Shown here one piece after another: positions 44,790-55,269 of a stretch of 64,000 nucleotides of DNA; the stretch's first letter is position 1; every line of letters begins with the position of its first letter. The stretch lies in contig CAYTIL010000025.1 of assembly GCA_964437985.1 (NCBI GenBank), positions 58,669 to 122,668 on the forward strand, in the 5' to 3' direction. The position numbers were made by a program, and so were the translations under genes. This DNA comes from an uncultured Acidobacteriaceae bacterium (GTDB taxonomy: Bacteria > Acidobacteriota > Terriglobia > Terriglobales > Acidobacteriaceae). The notes below the pieces were generated by a model that was not told the DNA's origin, did no database searches, and saw only the letters and a list, made by a program, of their open reading frames with translations.

Positions 44790-46373
44790 CTACTCTTTCC
44801 GCCAACTCCACTCGTTCGCGTATTTCGGAAACTCGTACCAGGAATCGCAGACGAACTCGCCCAGACCGGCCACCCGGACATCGGCCGCGAACAGGTAATC
44901 GGGATAGGCGATAGGCAGAAACACCGCCTCTTCCGTCAGCAGCCGCACCAGCCGCAGGTACAGGCGCCGCGCCAGCGGGCGGCGCGCGGGACCGACGGCG
45001 CGCACCCGCTCCAGCAACCGGTCCACTTCCCGATTGTTGTACGCCCCGTAGTTCTGGCTGCCGCGCGAGTGATACTTCTTGAACAGGTTATCGCCGGGAT
45101 CGAGCAGGCCGCCCCATCCGCCGATGAACCCATCGTAGCGGTCGCCCATGTTGTCCGAGAGGCGGGCGTACTCGGCGTTGTCCACCAGGTGCAGGTTCAC
45201 GCGGATGCCCAGCGGCGCAAGCTGTTCGCGCACCAGTTCGGCAGCGGTGCGGCGGAAGACTTCGTCCTTCCACACAATCAACTCCAGCGTGAGCATTTGT
45301 CCGTCGCGTTCACGCCACCCCTCCGCGTTCTTCTTCCAGCCGGCGGCCTCGAGCAGGCGCGCGGCCGCCGACGGATCGTGGCGGCGCCGGTTCATCACCG
45401 GGTCGAACGCCCAGGAAGCCGGAGGAATCGGGCTGTAGGCCGGCTGCCCGAATCCGGCGATGGCCTTCTCCACGATCTGCTCGCGGTGGATGGCCAGATC
45501 AATGGCGCGGCGCACACGCGCGTCCTTCAGCGCCGGACGCCGCAGATTCAGCGGCAGGGCGCGCCAGGCTCCAGTGCGCATCCGGTAAAGCCGCAGCTTG
45601 AGATTGGCCTGCAAGCGCGCCACGTGTTGCGGCTTCACTTGCGTCAAATGGACTTCGCCGCGGAGCAGCGCCTCGGCGCGCGCGTCGTCGTCGGCAATCA
45701 CGCGAATCACCAGGCGCGGGATGGGCGGCGCGCCGAAGTGGTAGGCCGTGTGCCCGTCCAGCACGAACTCGCCGGCGTTGTTTCGCCCGAAAAACTTGTA
45801 CGGGCCGGTCCCGACCGGGTTTTGGTTCAGATCGTGCGCGCCCGCGAGCTGGTGCGCAGGAAGCACGGGAACTTCAGTCAGCGGTGCGAGAAATCCGGTC
45901 TCCGGATAGTGCAGCCGGAAGATGACTTCGTGCGTGCCCGCCTTCTCCCAGGCGCGGACCATGGCCTGGTTCTGATCGAAGGAAGTTTCCGTCTGCGGGT
46001 CGAAGAGCCGCTTCCAGGTAGCGATGACGTCGTCGGCGGTGAAGGGCTGCCCATCGTGCCACTGCACGTTGCGCCGCAGGCGGATGCGCCATGTGAGGCC
46101 GTCGGAGCTGACGGTGTAAGACTCGGCCAGGTCGCCGACGATTCGTCCCTCGTGGTCCGGCCAGAAGAGCCGGCTGTAGACCGCGCTGGAAACTTCGTTC
46201 CACTCGTTGAGGTCGAGCGTAGGATCAAACCCGCGCGGCTCCAGGCCGGCACCGTAAATCAGCGCCGCAGGCTTCGGCGCTTCCTCTGCCCGGCCGCCCA
46301 GCGGACCCAGCAAGCACACACCGAGCAGGAGGGCGATGGGTCGCATTGCAGTTCGCAGCATTGCGGTCGGCAT
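44790..46373 (-). CDS. ABC transporter substrate-binding protein, family 5 (peptide/nickel, DppA/OppA-like)
   Basis: 527 aa with a signal peptide and an SBP_bac_5 body. No cognate permease genes lie in the window. Confidence 0.85.
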   Translation of the reverse strand: MPTAMLRTAMRPIALLLGVCLLGPLGGRAEEAPKPAALIYGAGLEPRGFDPTLDLNEWNEVSSAVYSRLFWPDHEGRIVGDLAESYTVSSDGLTWRIRLRRNVQWHDGQPFTADDVIATWKRLFDPQTETSFDQNQAMVRAWEKAGTHEVIFRLHYPETGFLAPLTEVPVLPAHQLAGAHDLNQNPVGTGPYKFFGRNNAGEFVLDGHTAYHFGAPPIPRLVIRVIADDDARAEALLRGEVHLTQVKPQHVARLQANLKLRLYRMRTGAWRALPLNLRRPALKDARVRRAIDLAIHREQIVEKAIAGFGQPAYSPIPPASWAFDPVMNRRRHDPSAAARLLEAAGWKKNAEGWRERDGQMLTLELIVWKDEVFRRTAAELVREQLAPLGIRVNLHLVDNAEYARLSDNMGDRYDGFIGGWGGLLDPGDNLFKKYHSRGSQNYGAYNNREVDRLLERVRAVGPARRPLARRLYLRLVRLLTEEAVFLPIAYPDYLFAADVRVAGLGEFVCDSWYEFPKYANEWSWRKE

Positions 46374-46497
46374 TAGGGTCGGGGAGAGGTTTTCATGCCG
46401 GGGCGGCAGGGGTCAACCTTACGCCGGGACGCGCCCCCTTCCGGTACAATCGAGTTCCAAGCAGTAACTCCTAAGGCAACACTGGCCGAACCGGGTA

Positions 46498-48855
46498 TTG
46501 ACTTCACAAGAGGAAAAATTCGCGCCCTCGGCCGCGCCCGTTTACTGGCGCGTAGAGGGCAGCCTGCTCAACCTGAGCGCGGTGCGCCCGGTGGCCTTCT
46601 TCACCTGGAACGCGCAGAGCTTCGTAGAGCGCTGGGCGCGCCGCGGCGGCCTGGCGCTGATGGCCCTGGTGCGGCCGCTGCTTTATGCCGCGCACCGCAC
46701 CTTCGCCACCCGCGTACTGCACGCGGTGCTGCGCGGCGTGAGCCGCGATCGCCTGGATCTGTTGGGCGAAGAATTCTTCCACTACAAACTGCTGCCGCAC
46801 CTGAAGCCCGGCGGCGTAGCCATGCTGAAGGAAGTGCTGGCCGCGGGCGAGCGCGTGGTGCTGGTGAGCCAGGGGCTCGACCTGGTGATGCGCCCCCTGG
46901 CGCGACACCTGGGCGTGGAGCGCATCCTCGCCAACCGTCTGGAGTTTCGCGACGGCCTGGCCACCGGACGCCTGCTCGATCCGGTGATTCGGCCGCGGGG
47001 CGGGTTGGCCCGGCTGTTCGGAGGAAATCCCGATGGCCGCGTGCCCGAAGAGCGCCTGGCGCAAAATCTCGACATAGCCGGCGGAGCCGACGCCTTGCGC
47101 CGCGCTGCTATCCCTCCCGGCCGCCAACCGCTCAAGCGGTCCCGGCCGGCTATCGTGTTCGATCATCAGAAGACTCCGGCGCAACTGAGCGTGCGCCGCG
47201 CCTTGGCCGGTAAGCACGTGATGCTCGTCGGCGTGACCGGGTTCATCGGCAAGGTGTGGCTGGTGAAATTGCTCGAAGACTTGCCGGAGATCGGCAAGGT
47301 GTATCTGCTCATCCGGCGGCAGAAGTCGAATCCTTCCGTGCGCCGCTTCGAGAAAATCGTGGAGGAGTCGCCCGTCTTTGATTTGCTGGAGGAACGCCAC
47401 GGCGCAGGCCTGGCGCGCTTCTTGAGCGAGCGCATCGAAGTGGTGGAGGGCGACGTTTCCGTGCCTGGCTTGGGCCTCGACCAGGCCACGCACGCGCGTT
47501 TGCACAAGCACCTGGATCTGGTCATCAACAGTTCCGGGCTTACCGACTTCAATCCCGACCTGCGCGACGCGCTGGCCGGCAACGTCGAGGCCGTGCTCCA
47601 CCTGATCGAGTTCCTGCGCGCCTGCGATCACGCCGCGCTGCTGCACCTTTCCACCTGCTACGTCGCCGGCTATGTGGACGGCCGCGTGCCCGAGGAGCTG
47701 GCGCCCAATTACACATCGGTGAGGATTCCGGGTTTCGATGCGGAACGCGAGCTCCAGTCGCTGCACGCGCTGGTGAAGACGGCCACCCAGGAATCCGAGG
47801 GCCCCAAGGTCGCTGAAGAGTTGCGCCGGCAGCTTGCGGAAAAACGCGGCGCCGCCGCGCCTCTTTCCGGCGAGGCCCTGGAAATCCAGTTGCGCCGCGG
47901 GCGCGTGCGCTGGCTGCGCAACCATCTGACCGAAGCCGGCGTGAAGCGCGCCAAAGAGCTGGGCTGGCCCAACACTTACACCCTCACCAAGAGCCTGGCA
48001 GAGTCGCTGCTAGCCACGCGTGGCAGCGGCTTGCCCATCGCGGTGGTGCGCCCCTCCATTGTCGAAAGCTCGACCCACCAGCCCTTTCCCGGATGGAACG
48101 AGGGCATCAATACCTCGGCGGCGCTTTCTTACCTGCTGGGGACTTACTTCCGCCAGCTTCCCTCGAACGAGCGCAAGTGCCTGGACATTATTCCCGTCGA
48201 CCTGGTTTGCCGGGGCATGCTGCTGATCGCCGCGGCGCTGGTCGAGCGGCAGCACCAGCCCTTGTACCAGCTTGCCACCTCGGCCAGCAATCCCTGCGAC
48301 ATGCGGCGCTCCATCGAGCTCACCGGCCTGGCGCACCGCAAGCACTACCGCGCCCAGGAAGGACTGGAGCACTGGCTGCGCCTGCGTTTCGATACCATTG
48401 CCGTCTCCAAGTCCCGCTACCAGCGGCTTTCGGCGCCGGGACAGAAAGCCATTGTGCGCGCCATCCGGCTGGTGGCGTCGCCCATTCCGCTCATGGGGCC
48501 GTCGCTGGTTCGGGCGGAGCGCAACCTCGACCGCGTGGAGCGGCTGATCGAACTCTACGAGCCTTTCATTCTCGAAAACGAGCAGGTGTTCGAGGCCGAA
48601 AACGTGGAACTGCTGGCGCACGCCCTGCCGCCCGCGGAGCAGGACGCTTTCGGCTACGACGCTCGCGCCATTGACTGGTGGGAGTACTGGATCAACATCC
48701 ACGTGCCCGCGCTGCGCCGCTGGTCGTATCCTCTCATCGAGGGACGCCCCTTGGAGACGCGCCCCAAACGCGACTTCCGGCTTGACGCCCAGCCCGGCTC
48801 CACGCCGGCCGCGGGCCCCGGCATCCCCGCAGGAGCGACATGGCCATCTTCCTGA
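46498..48855 (+). CDS. Fatty acyl-CoA reductase (NAD_binding_4/male-sterility domain) fused to an N-terminal HAD-IB-like domain that lacks the DxD catalytic motif
   Basis: The C-terminal part has [18 protein letters not shown]…YLLIRRQ… and [13 protein letters not shown], typical of FAR/thioester reductases. The N-terminal ~230 aa resemble HAD-IB. The position of motif I reads [10 protein letters not shown] instead of FDxDGTL and no GDxxND motif IV is seen. The TTG start at 46498 is uncertain. Confidence 0.7.
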   Translation: MTSQEEKFAPSAAPVYWRVEGSLLNLSAVRPVAFFTWNAQSFVERWARRGGLALMALVRPLLYAAHRTFATRVLHAVLRGVSRDRLDLLGEEFFHYKLLPHLKPGGVAMLKEVLAAGERVVLVSQGLDLVMRPLARHLGVERILANRLEFRDGLATGRLLDPVIRPRGGLARLFGGNPDGRVPEERLAQNLDIAGGADALRRAAIPPGRQPLKRSRPAIVFDHQKTPAQLSVRRALAGKHVMLVGVTGFIGKVWLVKLLEDLPEIGKVYLLIRRQKSNPSVRRFEKIVEESPVFDLLEERHGAGLARFLSERIEVVEGDVSVPGLGLDQATHARLHKHLDLVINSSGLTDFNPDLRDALAGNVEAVLHLIEFLRACDHAALLHLSTCYVAGYVDGRVPEELAPNYTSVRIPGFDAERELQSLHALVKTATQESEGPKVAEELRRQLAEKRGAAAPLSGEALEIQLRRGRVRWLRNHLTEAGVKRAKELGWPNTYTLTKSLAESLLATRGSGLPIAVVRPSIVESSTHQPFPGWNEGINTSAALSYLLGTYFRQLPSNERKCLDIIPVDLVCRGMLLIAAALVERQHQPLYQLATSASNPCDMRRSIELTGLAHRKHYRAQEGLEHWLRLRFDTIAVSKSRYQRLSAPGQKAIVRAIRLVASPIPLMGPSLVRAERNLDRVERLIELYEPFILENEQVFEAENVELLAHALPPAEQDAFGYDARAIDWWEYWINIHVPALRRWSYPLIEGRPLETRPKRDFRLDAQPGSTPAAGPGIPAGATWPSS

Positions 48856-49997
48856 CCGGCTGCACCGGCTACATCGGCGCGCATGTGGTCGCGGGCCTGC
48901 TGGAAAACCACCAGGACCCGCTCAACCTGCTGGTGCGCGCCAAAGATCAGCGCGAGGCCGAGGAGCGCTTGTGGCGCTCGCTGCAACTGCATCTGGATTT
49001 CCCTCGCTTCTACAACTTCCTCAAGTCGCGGGTCACAGTTTTCCGCGGCGACCTCACCCATCCTCGCTTCGGCCTGAACCCGGACGACTATCGCCGCCTG
49101 CTGGAAACCACGGATTCCGTAATCCACGTGGCCGCGTCGCTGAACCGCAAATCGGAGAAAAGCTGCCTGAACGTGAACCTGCGGGGGACGCTGGAGGTGG
49201 TGCAGCTGGCGCGCCGCGCCCAGGACCTCCACGGCCTGCGGCGCATGAGTCACGTTTCCACGGTCGCGGTGGCCGGGCAGAGGAGCCACGAAGTGGTCCG
49301 CGAAGACCAGGCGGTGGACTGGCAGCGCTCCGACTACGATCCCTACGCGCGCACCAAGAAGTTTTGCGAGCACATGATCCGCGAGCTGCTCCCCGAGGTG
49401 CCGCGGACCATCTTCCGCCCCTCCATCGTGCTGGGCGACAGCCGCCGCGCCGAAACCACGCAGTTCGACATGGTGCGCGCTTTCGTCTTTCTCGCCGGGC
49501 TGCCGGTGCTGCCCTTCCGCCCCAGCGACAAGGTGGATATTGTGCCCGTGGACTACGTCGCCGACGCCATCGTCACCCTGCACCAGAAGGAAAAGCCGGC
49601 GCACGAGATCTATCACCTGTCGTCGGGCACGGGCTCGCAAACCTTTCGTGAGCTCACCGACGCACTGGCCCAAGCGCGGCACAAATCGGGGCCGTGGTTT
49701 CTGCCCTCGCTGGAAGGCGCGTTTGGCTCCATCGTCAACTCGCTCGCCAGTCGCAAAGGCAGCGTGGGCCATGGAGCGTCGCTGCTCAAGGTCTTCTTCC
49801 CTTACCTGGTGTGGAACACGGTGTTCGACAACACCCGCGTGGTGGCGGAAATGGGACGGCAGCCGCGGCCGTTCTCCGAATACAGCCTGCCGCTGCTCAA
49901 TTTCAGCCGCGAAAACCATTTCACGTTCCGCTATCAGGATTGGCCCGTCGCCGAAGCCATCGCCGAGGGACGCCCGGCGGGAGGGCCGGCGACATGA
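48840..49997 (+). CDS. SDR-family NAD-dependent thioester-reductase-like protein (NAD_binding_4)
   Basis: [13 protein letters not shown] Rossmann motif, VTVFRGDL…FGL, and [11 protein letters not shown] (YxxxK). It overlaps the upstream gene by 16 nt. Confidence 0.7.
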   Translation: MAIFLTGCTGYIGAHVVAGLLENHQDPLNLLVRAKDQREAEERLWRSLQLHLDFPRFYNFLKSRVTVFRGDLTHPRFGLNPDDYRRLLETTDSVIHVAASLNRKSEKSCLNVNLRGTLEVVQLARRAQDLHGLRRMSHVSTVAVAGQRSHEVVREDQAVDWQRSDYDPYARTKKFCEHMIRELLPEVPRTIFRPSIVLGDSRRAETTQFDMVRAFVFLAGLPVLPFRPSDKVDIVPVDYVADAIVTLHQKEKPAHEIYHLSSGTGSQTFRELTDALAQARHKSGPWFLPSLEGAFGSIVNSLASRKGSVGHGASLLKVFFPYLVWNTVFDNTRVVAEMGRQPRPFSEYSLPLLNFSRENHFTFRYQDWPVAEAIAEGRPAGGPAT

Positions 49998-51406
49998 TGG
50001 ACCTGGTGCTGGAAGCCTGGGTCAGTGGACTCATCGAGACCTCGAAGCTCGCCTGGATGCTGGGCGCCGGGCATCCATGGAAGCCCGGGGAGAAGCTCAG
50101 CCTGCTGTTCGCCGGATACAACGGAACCCGCAACACCGGCTCGGACGTGCGCGTGGAGGAGATGCTGCGCCAGGTGCGCCGCATCCTGGGCGACGACCAC
50201 CTGCGCGTCGCGGTGATGACCCAGAACTTCGACCTCTCGCGCGGATATTTTGCCGGCGCCGAGCAGGTCCGCCTGCCCGACATTTTTCCTCCCTTTCTGT
50301 TTCGCGAAGTGCGCAAGCACCACGGCGTGGTGGCGTGCGAAGGCTCCATGTTCAAGAGCAAGTTTGCCAACGCCCTGACCACCATGATGATCGGCTCGCT
50401 GGGCATCGCCTCGGCAGAGAACAAGCTGAGCGTGGGCTACGGCGCCGAGGCCGGACACATGGACAAGCTGCTGGCGCGCATGTGCAGCCGCTACTGCAGC
50501 CAGTCGCTCATCCTCACGCGCAACGACGAATCGCGCGACGTGCTGCGCGAACTGGCCGTGCCCACCGAGCCCGGCACCGACACCGCCTGGACCTTCGAGC
50601 CGCACCCGCGCGAATACGGGCAAAAGATGCTGCGCGACCTGGGATGGGACGGCCGCCAGCCGGTGCTGGCCGTGTGCCCCATCAATCCCTTCTGGTGGCC
50701 GGTGAAGGCGTCGGTGACGCGCTACGCCGCGCGCGCGCTCACGGGCGCATATCGCAACAGTCACTACCGCAGCGTGTATTTCCATAACTCGGGGCCGCAG
50801 GTGGACGCGGCCTACGAGCGTTATCTCACCGCCATCGCCAGCGCCGTGGAAGCGTTTCGCAAGGAGCACGGCGCGTTCGTCATCCTGGTGGCCATGGAGA
50901 TGCTGGATGCGCGCGCCTGTCATGCGCTGGCGGAAAAGCTGAAGGGCGCACCCACGCTGGCCTCCGACCAATACAACATGTACGAGCTGGTGAGCGTGCT
51001 GCGCGCCTGCCCCCTGATGGTGTCGTCGCGTTATCACGGCATCGTCACTGCCATGCCGGGGCTGGTGGCGTCGGCGGGCATCACCATGGACGAGCGCATC
51101 CGCAACCTGATGCACGAGCGCGGACACCAGCACCTGCTGCTCACGGTGGACGACCCCGAGCTCGAGGGTAAACTGCGCGGCGTTCTCGACCAGCTTTGCC
51201 GCGAGCGTGAGGCCGTGGCCGACGGCATCGGGCGCAGCGTGGTGCGCAACCTGAAGGCCATGGCGCGCATGGGCGTCTACTTCGAAGCGCACGTGCAGCA
51301 GCGCTATCCGGAGTTTCCCTTCCGCACCGGCCAACTGAGTTGGGAAGACTACCTGCCGCCGCTCAGCCCCGGCCTCCGCACCCTCGTGGAAACCCACGGC
51401 GGATGA
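49994..51406 (+). CDS. Polysaccharide pyruvyl transferase family protein (CsaB/WcaK-like)
   Basis: 470 aa from MMDLVLEAW. The start overlaps the upstream stop (ATGATGA). PS_pyruv_trans-like body (…[17 protein letters not shown]…, …[11 protein letters not shown]…). Confidence 0.65.
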   Translation: MMDLVLEAWVSGLIETSKLAWMLGAGHPWKPGEKLSLLFAGYNGTRNTGSDVRVEEMLRQVRRILGDDHLRVAVMTQNFDLSRGYFAGAEQVRLPDIFPPFLFREVRKHHGVVACEGSMFKSKFANALTTMMIGSLGIASAENKLSVGYGAEAGHMDKLLARMCSRYCSQSLILTRNDESRDVLRELAVPTEPGTDTAWTFEPHPREYGQKMLRDLGWDGRQPVLAVCPINPFWWPVKASVTRYAARALTGAYRNSHYRSVYFHNSGPQVDAAYERYLTAIASAVEAFRKEHGAFVILVAMEMLDARACHALAEKLKGAPTLASDQYNMYELVSVLRACPLMVSSRYHGIVTAMPGLVASAGITMDERIRNLMHERGHQHLLLTVDDPELEGKLRGVLDQLCREREAVADGIGRSVVRNLKAMARMGVYFEAHVQQRYPEFPFRTGQLSWEDYLPPLSPGLRTLVETHGG

Positions 51407-53058
51407 ACTTCCTGGAAAACATCCTGCAGCGACTGGCGCGAGAGCCAGCACGCGTCGTGATCCAGGAAGTGCGCGACGGAAAGCTGGTTTCTGCTAACCC
51501 CGGCGAGTTGCTGGCGCTGGTGAACGCGGCGCGCTCGTTTCTCCGCAACGCCGGGCTGAAGCCCGGCGACCGCTGCGGGCTGCTGGCGAGCAACAGCATC
51601 CGCTGGACGGCGCTCGACCTCGCCATCATGGCCGAGGGCGGGATCGTGGTGCCGCTCTACGCGCGCCAGGCAGCGAAAGAGCTGGTGGCGATGATGAAGG
51701 ACTGCTCGCCCTCGCTGCTGTGCTGCGGCGACGCCGCCTTGCGCGACGCGGTCCGCAGCGAGTGGCCGGAGGCGCCCCGCGCAGTTCTCTTCGACGAGAT
51801 CTTCGTCGCTCAGGACGCCGGCGGCTCGGCGCCCGCGGCGCTTTCCGACGCCGACCCGGTCACCATCATCTATACCTCCGGCACTTCGGGTGAGCCCAAG
51901 GGCGTTGTGCTCAACGTGGGCAATCTGAACCACATGATTCCCTGCACCGGCGCACGGCTGGATTTGCTGATGGGCGGCGCGCGCTCGCAGCCCGACCGCA
52001 TCTTCCACTACCTGCCCTGCTGCTTTGCCGGGTCGTGGATTCTGATGCTCACCGCGCTCTCGCTCAACAGTGTGCTCACACTCTCTACCGACCTCACGAA
52101 GCTGGCCGACGAAATGAAGCTCGCCGCGCCCGATTATTTCCTGAATGTTCCCGCGCTACTGGAGCGGGTGCGCCGCGGCATTGAGGATCAGCTTGCGCAG
52201 CGCGGCGGGTTTGCGCAGAACGCTTTCAGCAAAGGCCGCGCCGCATGGATGCGGCGGCGTGAGGGCCAATCCGCTGGCTTCGACTTCGTGTGGCGGTCAC
52301 TAGCCGAAGGCATCGTGTTTCCCGCCATCCGCAAGAAGCTGGGCCCGAACCTGCGCGCGCTGATTTGCGGATCGGCGCCGCTGGCGGTCGAGACCCAGCT
52401 CTTTTTCATGATGCTGGGGCTGCCGGTGTTGCAGGTGTATGGACTCACCGAGACCACCGCCATCTGCACGCTCGATCATCCGCAGCGCGTGGAACCGGGC
52501 CGCGTGGGCCCGGCGATTCCGCAAGTGGAGATGAAGCTGGGTGAGAACAGCGAGATTCTGGTGCGCGGTCCCAACATCTTTCCCGGATACTGGAACCGTC
52601 CGCAGGAAACGGCGAAAGCGCTGCGCGGCGCTCCGGACGGCAAGTGGTTCCACACCGGCGATCAGGGCGAAGTGGATGCTGCGGGCAACTGGCGCATCAT
52701 CGGCCGGGTGAAGAACCTGATCATTCCCGCTTCCGGCCACAACATCGCGCCCGAACCCATCGAAGACGCGCTCCTGCAACGCCTCCCCGGGGCGCAGCAG
52801 GTGGTGCTGCTGGGCAACGGCCGCAGCTTCCTGGCGGCGCTGATTGCCGGCAGCGTTGCGCGCGAGCAAGTCCAGAGTGTGCTAGATGCGATCAACGACG
52901 GCCTGCCGCATTACAAGCAGGTGCGCCGCTTCCACCTGATCGCCGAGCCTTTCACCATCGAGAGCGGCCTGCTCACCGCCAACGGCAAGCTGAAGCGGGA
53001 CGCGATTGCAGCGCGGTATGCGGCGGAGATTGAGCAGATGTACCGTAACCCGGCCTGA
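51403..53058 (+). CDS. AMP-dependent long-chain fatty acid-CoA ligase (FadD-like)
   Basis: AMP-binding motif IIYTSGTSGEPKGVVL. Linker/hinge motifs (…GYGLTETT…, …WFHTGDQGEVD…, …GRVKNLI…). ATGA overlap with the upstream gene. Confidence 0.85.
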   Translation: MNFLENILQRLAREPARVVIQEVRDGKLVSANPGELLALVNAARSFLRNAGLKPGDRCGLLASNSIRWTALDLAIMAEGGIVVPLYARQAAKELVAMMKDCSPSLLCCGDAALRDAVRSEWPEAPRAVLFDEIFVAQDAGGSAPAALSDADPVTIIYTSGTSGEPKGVVLNVGNLNHMIPCTGARLDLLMGGARSQPDRIFHYLPCCFAGSWILMLTALSLNSVLTLSTDLTKLADEMKLAAPDYFLNVPALLERVRRGIEDQLAQRGGFAQNAFSKGRAAWMRRREGQSAGFDFVWRSLAEGIVFPAIRKKLGPNLRALICGSAPLAVETQLFFMMLGLPVLQVYGLTETTAICTLDHPQRVEPGRVGPAIPQVEMKLGENSEILVRGPNIFPGYWNRPQETAKALRGAPDGKWFHTGDQGEVDAAGNWRIIGRVKNLIIPASGHNIAPEPIEDALLQRLPGAQQVVLLGNGRSFLAALIAGSVAREQVQSVLDAINDGLPHYKQVRRFHLIAEPFTIESGLLTANGKLKRDAIAARYAAEIEQMYRNPA

Positions 53059-53082
53059 GCGGTATGATTTCGAATGAATACC

Positions 53083-53241
53083 ATGAAGAAAGCCCGCAGA
53101 GCGGCCCCCAACAGCGAAGGCCCGCGCCGACCAGACCGCGCACCGCTGGCGCGCGAGTGCGCCAAGCTCGATCCTAAGTCAGAACAGCGCCTGGCGGACG
53201 AAGGGATGGACGCCGAGCTGGAGCAATGGCCGGAATACTAA
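53083..53241 (+). CDS. Possible small ORF (52 aa, [52 protein letters not shown])
   Basis: Short ORF in the 250 nt gap after the acyl-CoA ligase. There is no RBS or homology support. It is followed by a family D repeat at 53250..53270. Confidence 0.2.
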   Translation: MKKARRAAPNSEGPRRPDRAPLARECAKLDPKSEQRLADEGMDAELEQWPEY

Positions 53242-53307
53242 CGGCCTGACGCCCGACACCTGACACCTGCTTCAGAACGGGGCCAACTGCCCGTCGGTGG
53301 GCTCGGC

Positions 53308-54681
53308 TCAACAGAACCAGGGCTCGGTGAGATACGGAATGGTGGCGCGCGCCGGGCCCGGCGCCACAGCCGGAAGCGCGGGGAGAGACTGCTGCAGCGC
53401 GCGTCGCGCCAGCTTCCAGACTTCGTAAAATATTGTCCTGCGGCCCCATTCTTTCTCGGCGCCGGCTTCGACCATCGCCGCCACCTCGCGCTGCAGCCGG
53501 TCCACGCGCGGGTGGGGATGCTGCCAGCGATAGCTGAGCGCTGCTTCGTCAAAAGGCCCGATCAGCTCCTGCACTTCTTGCAGCTCGAGCAGGCGCGAGC
53601 CCGCTGGAATCAGCAAGCGCAACATGAGCTGCACCGGCGGAACGTTTTCCACCAGATCGAGATCCGCCAGCGTGCGCAGCAGTTCTTCGTAGCCTTCGAG
53701 CGTGGTCCAGGGATGGAAAGCGACGAACGTAGGCGCCAGCACCAGGCCGGTCTCGCGGAACAGCGAAACCAGGCGGAAGAAATCGGCGCGGGTATGGCCC
53801 TTGTCGAGCAGTGCGAGCACGCGGTCGTCGAGCGACTCGACGGCGGTGGTAACGAAGGCGCAGCCGGTCGAGCGCAGCGCCGACAGATGCCGCGCGTGCT
53901 TCAGCAGGTGTTCGACTTTGATGGTGGCGTCGTAGCTGATTTGCGGATGCTCGCGGTGCAGCGCCTGCACCAGTTCGAGCGCATGGCGCACCCCGTTGAA
54001 GAAGTCGGGATCGCCGAAAGTAATGTGCTGGGCCCCGGCAGCCACCTGCCGTCGAATGTCTTCCAGCACCACTTCCCGCTCCACAATGCGGAACTTGCCG
54101 CCGTAAACCGGCACGATGGGACAGTGGCGGCACAGATGCTTGCACCCGCGGCTGGCCTCGGTGTAGCCCACGATGCGCTCGGTGCCGTCGGGCAGCACTA
54201 GATGCGAATAACGTTTGAGTTCCGGAAGGCCGCTGCGATCGGGCACGCGAAACTGTTGCCGCTCCAGGCTGATCTCGGGCTCGCGCTGCGGCTGCGGTCC
54301 GTTCCCTCCTCCTGCCGCGCGCAATCTTTGCGCCAGGGCCAGCAGGCCGGACTCGAACTCTCCTCCCAGAATGGTGGCCACGCCCGACCGCCGCAACATT
54401 TCAGCGTTCATGGGCGCATAGAGTCCGTAGGCGCACAGGTGCGCCGCCGGATTCAGCGCTCCCGCCCGAGCGATGACGCGCAGGGCAATGCGCGTGGCGG
54501 TGTGCATGGGCAGGTAGAAAGCGATCAGACTGGCGTCGCGCACCGCCGGTTCGTTCAGCGGCGTTTGCGAAAGGTCGAGGACGCCGGCGTAGAAACCATC
54601 TTCCCGCAGCCAGGCCGCCGGCGACGCCAGGCCGAAGGGCTGGTGGCCGGATTCGTAGGTGGAGACAAGAAGAACATTCAT
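53308..54681 (-). CDS. B12-binding domain-containing radical SAM protein
   Basis: N-terminal B12-binding Rossmann-like region. Radical SAM motif CKHLCRHCP (CxxxCxxC). The start was taken at the ATG MNVLLVSTYE rather than the track start 54726. Confidence 0.8.
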   Translation of the reverse strand: MNVLLVSTYESGHQPFGLASPAAWLREDGFYAGVLDLSQTPLNEPAVRDASLIAFYLPMHTATRIALRVIARAGALNPAAHLCAYGLYAPMNAEMLRRSGVATILGGEFESGLLALAQRLRAAGGGNGPQPQREPEISLERQQFRVPDRSGLPELKRYSHLVLPDGTERIVGYTEASRGCKHLCRHCPIVPVYGGKFRIVEREVVLEDIRRQVAAGAQHITFGDPDFFNGVRHALELVQALHREHPQISYDATIKVEHLLKHARHLSALRSTGCAFVTTAVESLDDRVLALLDKGHTRADFFRLVSLFRETGLVLAPTFVAFHPWTTLEGYEELLRTLADLDLVENVPPVQLMLRLLIPAGSRLLELQEVQELIGPFDEAALSYRWQHPHPRVDRLQREVAAMVEAGAEKEWGRRTIFYEVWKLARRALQQSLPALPAVAPGPARATIPYLTEPWFC

Positions 54682-54726
54682 GGCGCAGGCCGCATTTCTC
54701 CATTCCGAGCAAGGCTGAGGGAGCAA

Positions 54727-54838
54727 AGCGATCCGAGGGCGAGTCGAGGAAGCTCTACCCCAAACACAGATGCCCGAGGTAGGGGTTCCTCGACTCGCGC
54801 TTCCTCACTGCGTTCGGTCGCGCTCGCTCGGAATCACA
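54727..54838. repeat. Degenerate family C pair: a partial direct copy (…atccgagggcgagtcgaggaag) and a full inverted copy (reverse complement ttgtgattccgagcgagcgcgaccgaacgcagtgaggaagcgcgagtcgaggaacc)
   Basis: The 13 bp perfect stem gcgagtcgaggaa/ttcctcgactcgc joins the two copies. The block lies between the radical SAM start and the yggX stop. Confidence 0.55.
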
Positions 54839-54843
54839 AATCT

Positions 54844-55167
54844 CTAGCTCTTACTTTGCGGCGGGACGAAGCCCGGCGGGAGGGCGGCGCCTTCGCCGAA
54901 GAAGTACTCCTCCATCTGCTGGACGATGATCTCCTGCGCCTCTTTGCGCGCCGGGTTGAGGCGGTATTCGTTGATGACCATCTTGGCGTGCTCCTGCCAC
55001 ATCTTCCACGCCTCTTCGGAGACGTTCTCGTAGATGCGCTGGCCCAACTCGGTGTCGAACGGAGCCTCGTCCAGCCCGGGCAGCTCCTTCTGAAACTTCG
55101 CACACTTCACCTTGCGCGTGCCTTCGGTGGAGGAAACGGGTCCGGGCATGGGACCGGAACAGGGCAT
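54844..55167 (-). CDS. yggX: Fe(2+)-trafficking protein YggX family
   Basis: VKCAKFQKELPGLDEAPFDTELGQRIYENVSEEAWKMWQEHAKMVINEYRLN aligns with E. coli YggX. The start 55167 was chosen for an RBS aggaga 6 nt upstream. The ORF track starts at 55173. Confidence 0.7.
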   Translation of the reverse strand: MPCSGPMPGPVSSTEGTRKVKCAKFQKELPGLDEAPFDTELGQRIYENVSEEAWKMWQEHAKMVINEYRLNPARKEAQEIIVQQMEEYFFGEGAALPPGFVPPQSKS

Positions 55168-55224
55168 AGGCATTCTCCTAGCGTGACGCTGAAGTCATTG
55201 TAACAGCGGACAGCGGCCAGCGGC

Positions 55225-55259
55225 CATTGACGATGGATGATTGCTGATTGACGATTGCC
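55225..55259. repeat. Family E array cattgacgatggatgattgctgattgacgattgcc
   Basis: Read directly, about 60 nt upstream of the yggX start. Confidence 0.55.
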
Positions 55260-55269
55260 GGTCGCACCG

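Noticed and set aside
49934-51451. 505 aa minus-strand ORF
   Set aside because: Antisense to the pyruvyl-transferase-family gene, which is translationally coupled within a plus-strand operon.
54682-54843. Cobalamin riboswitch upstream of the B12-binding radical SAM gene
   Set aside because: I searched the leader by eye for a B12-box (rAGYCMGgAaGRCBTG-like) and the conserved GCCACUG region and found none. The structured-looking sequence there is instead a degenerate family C repeat pair.
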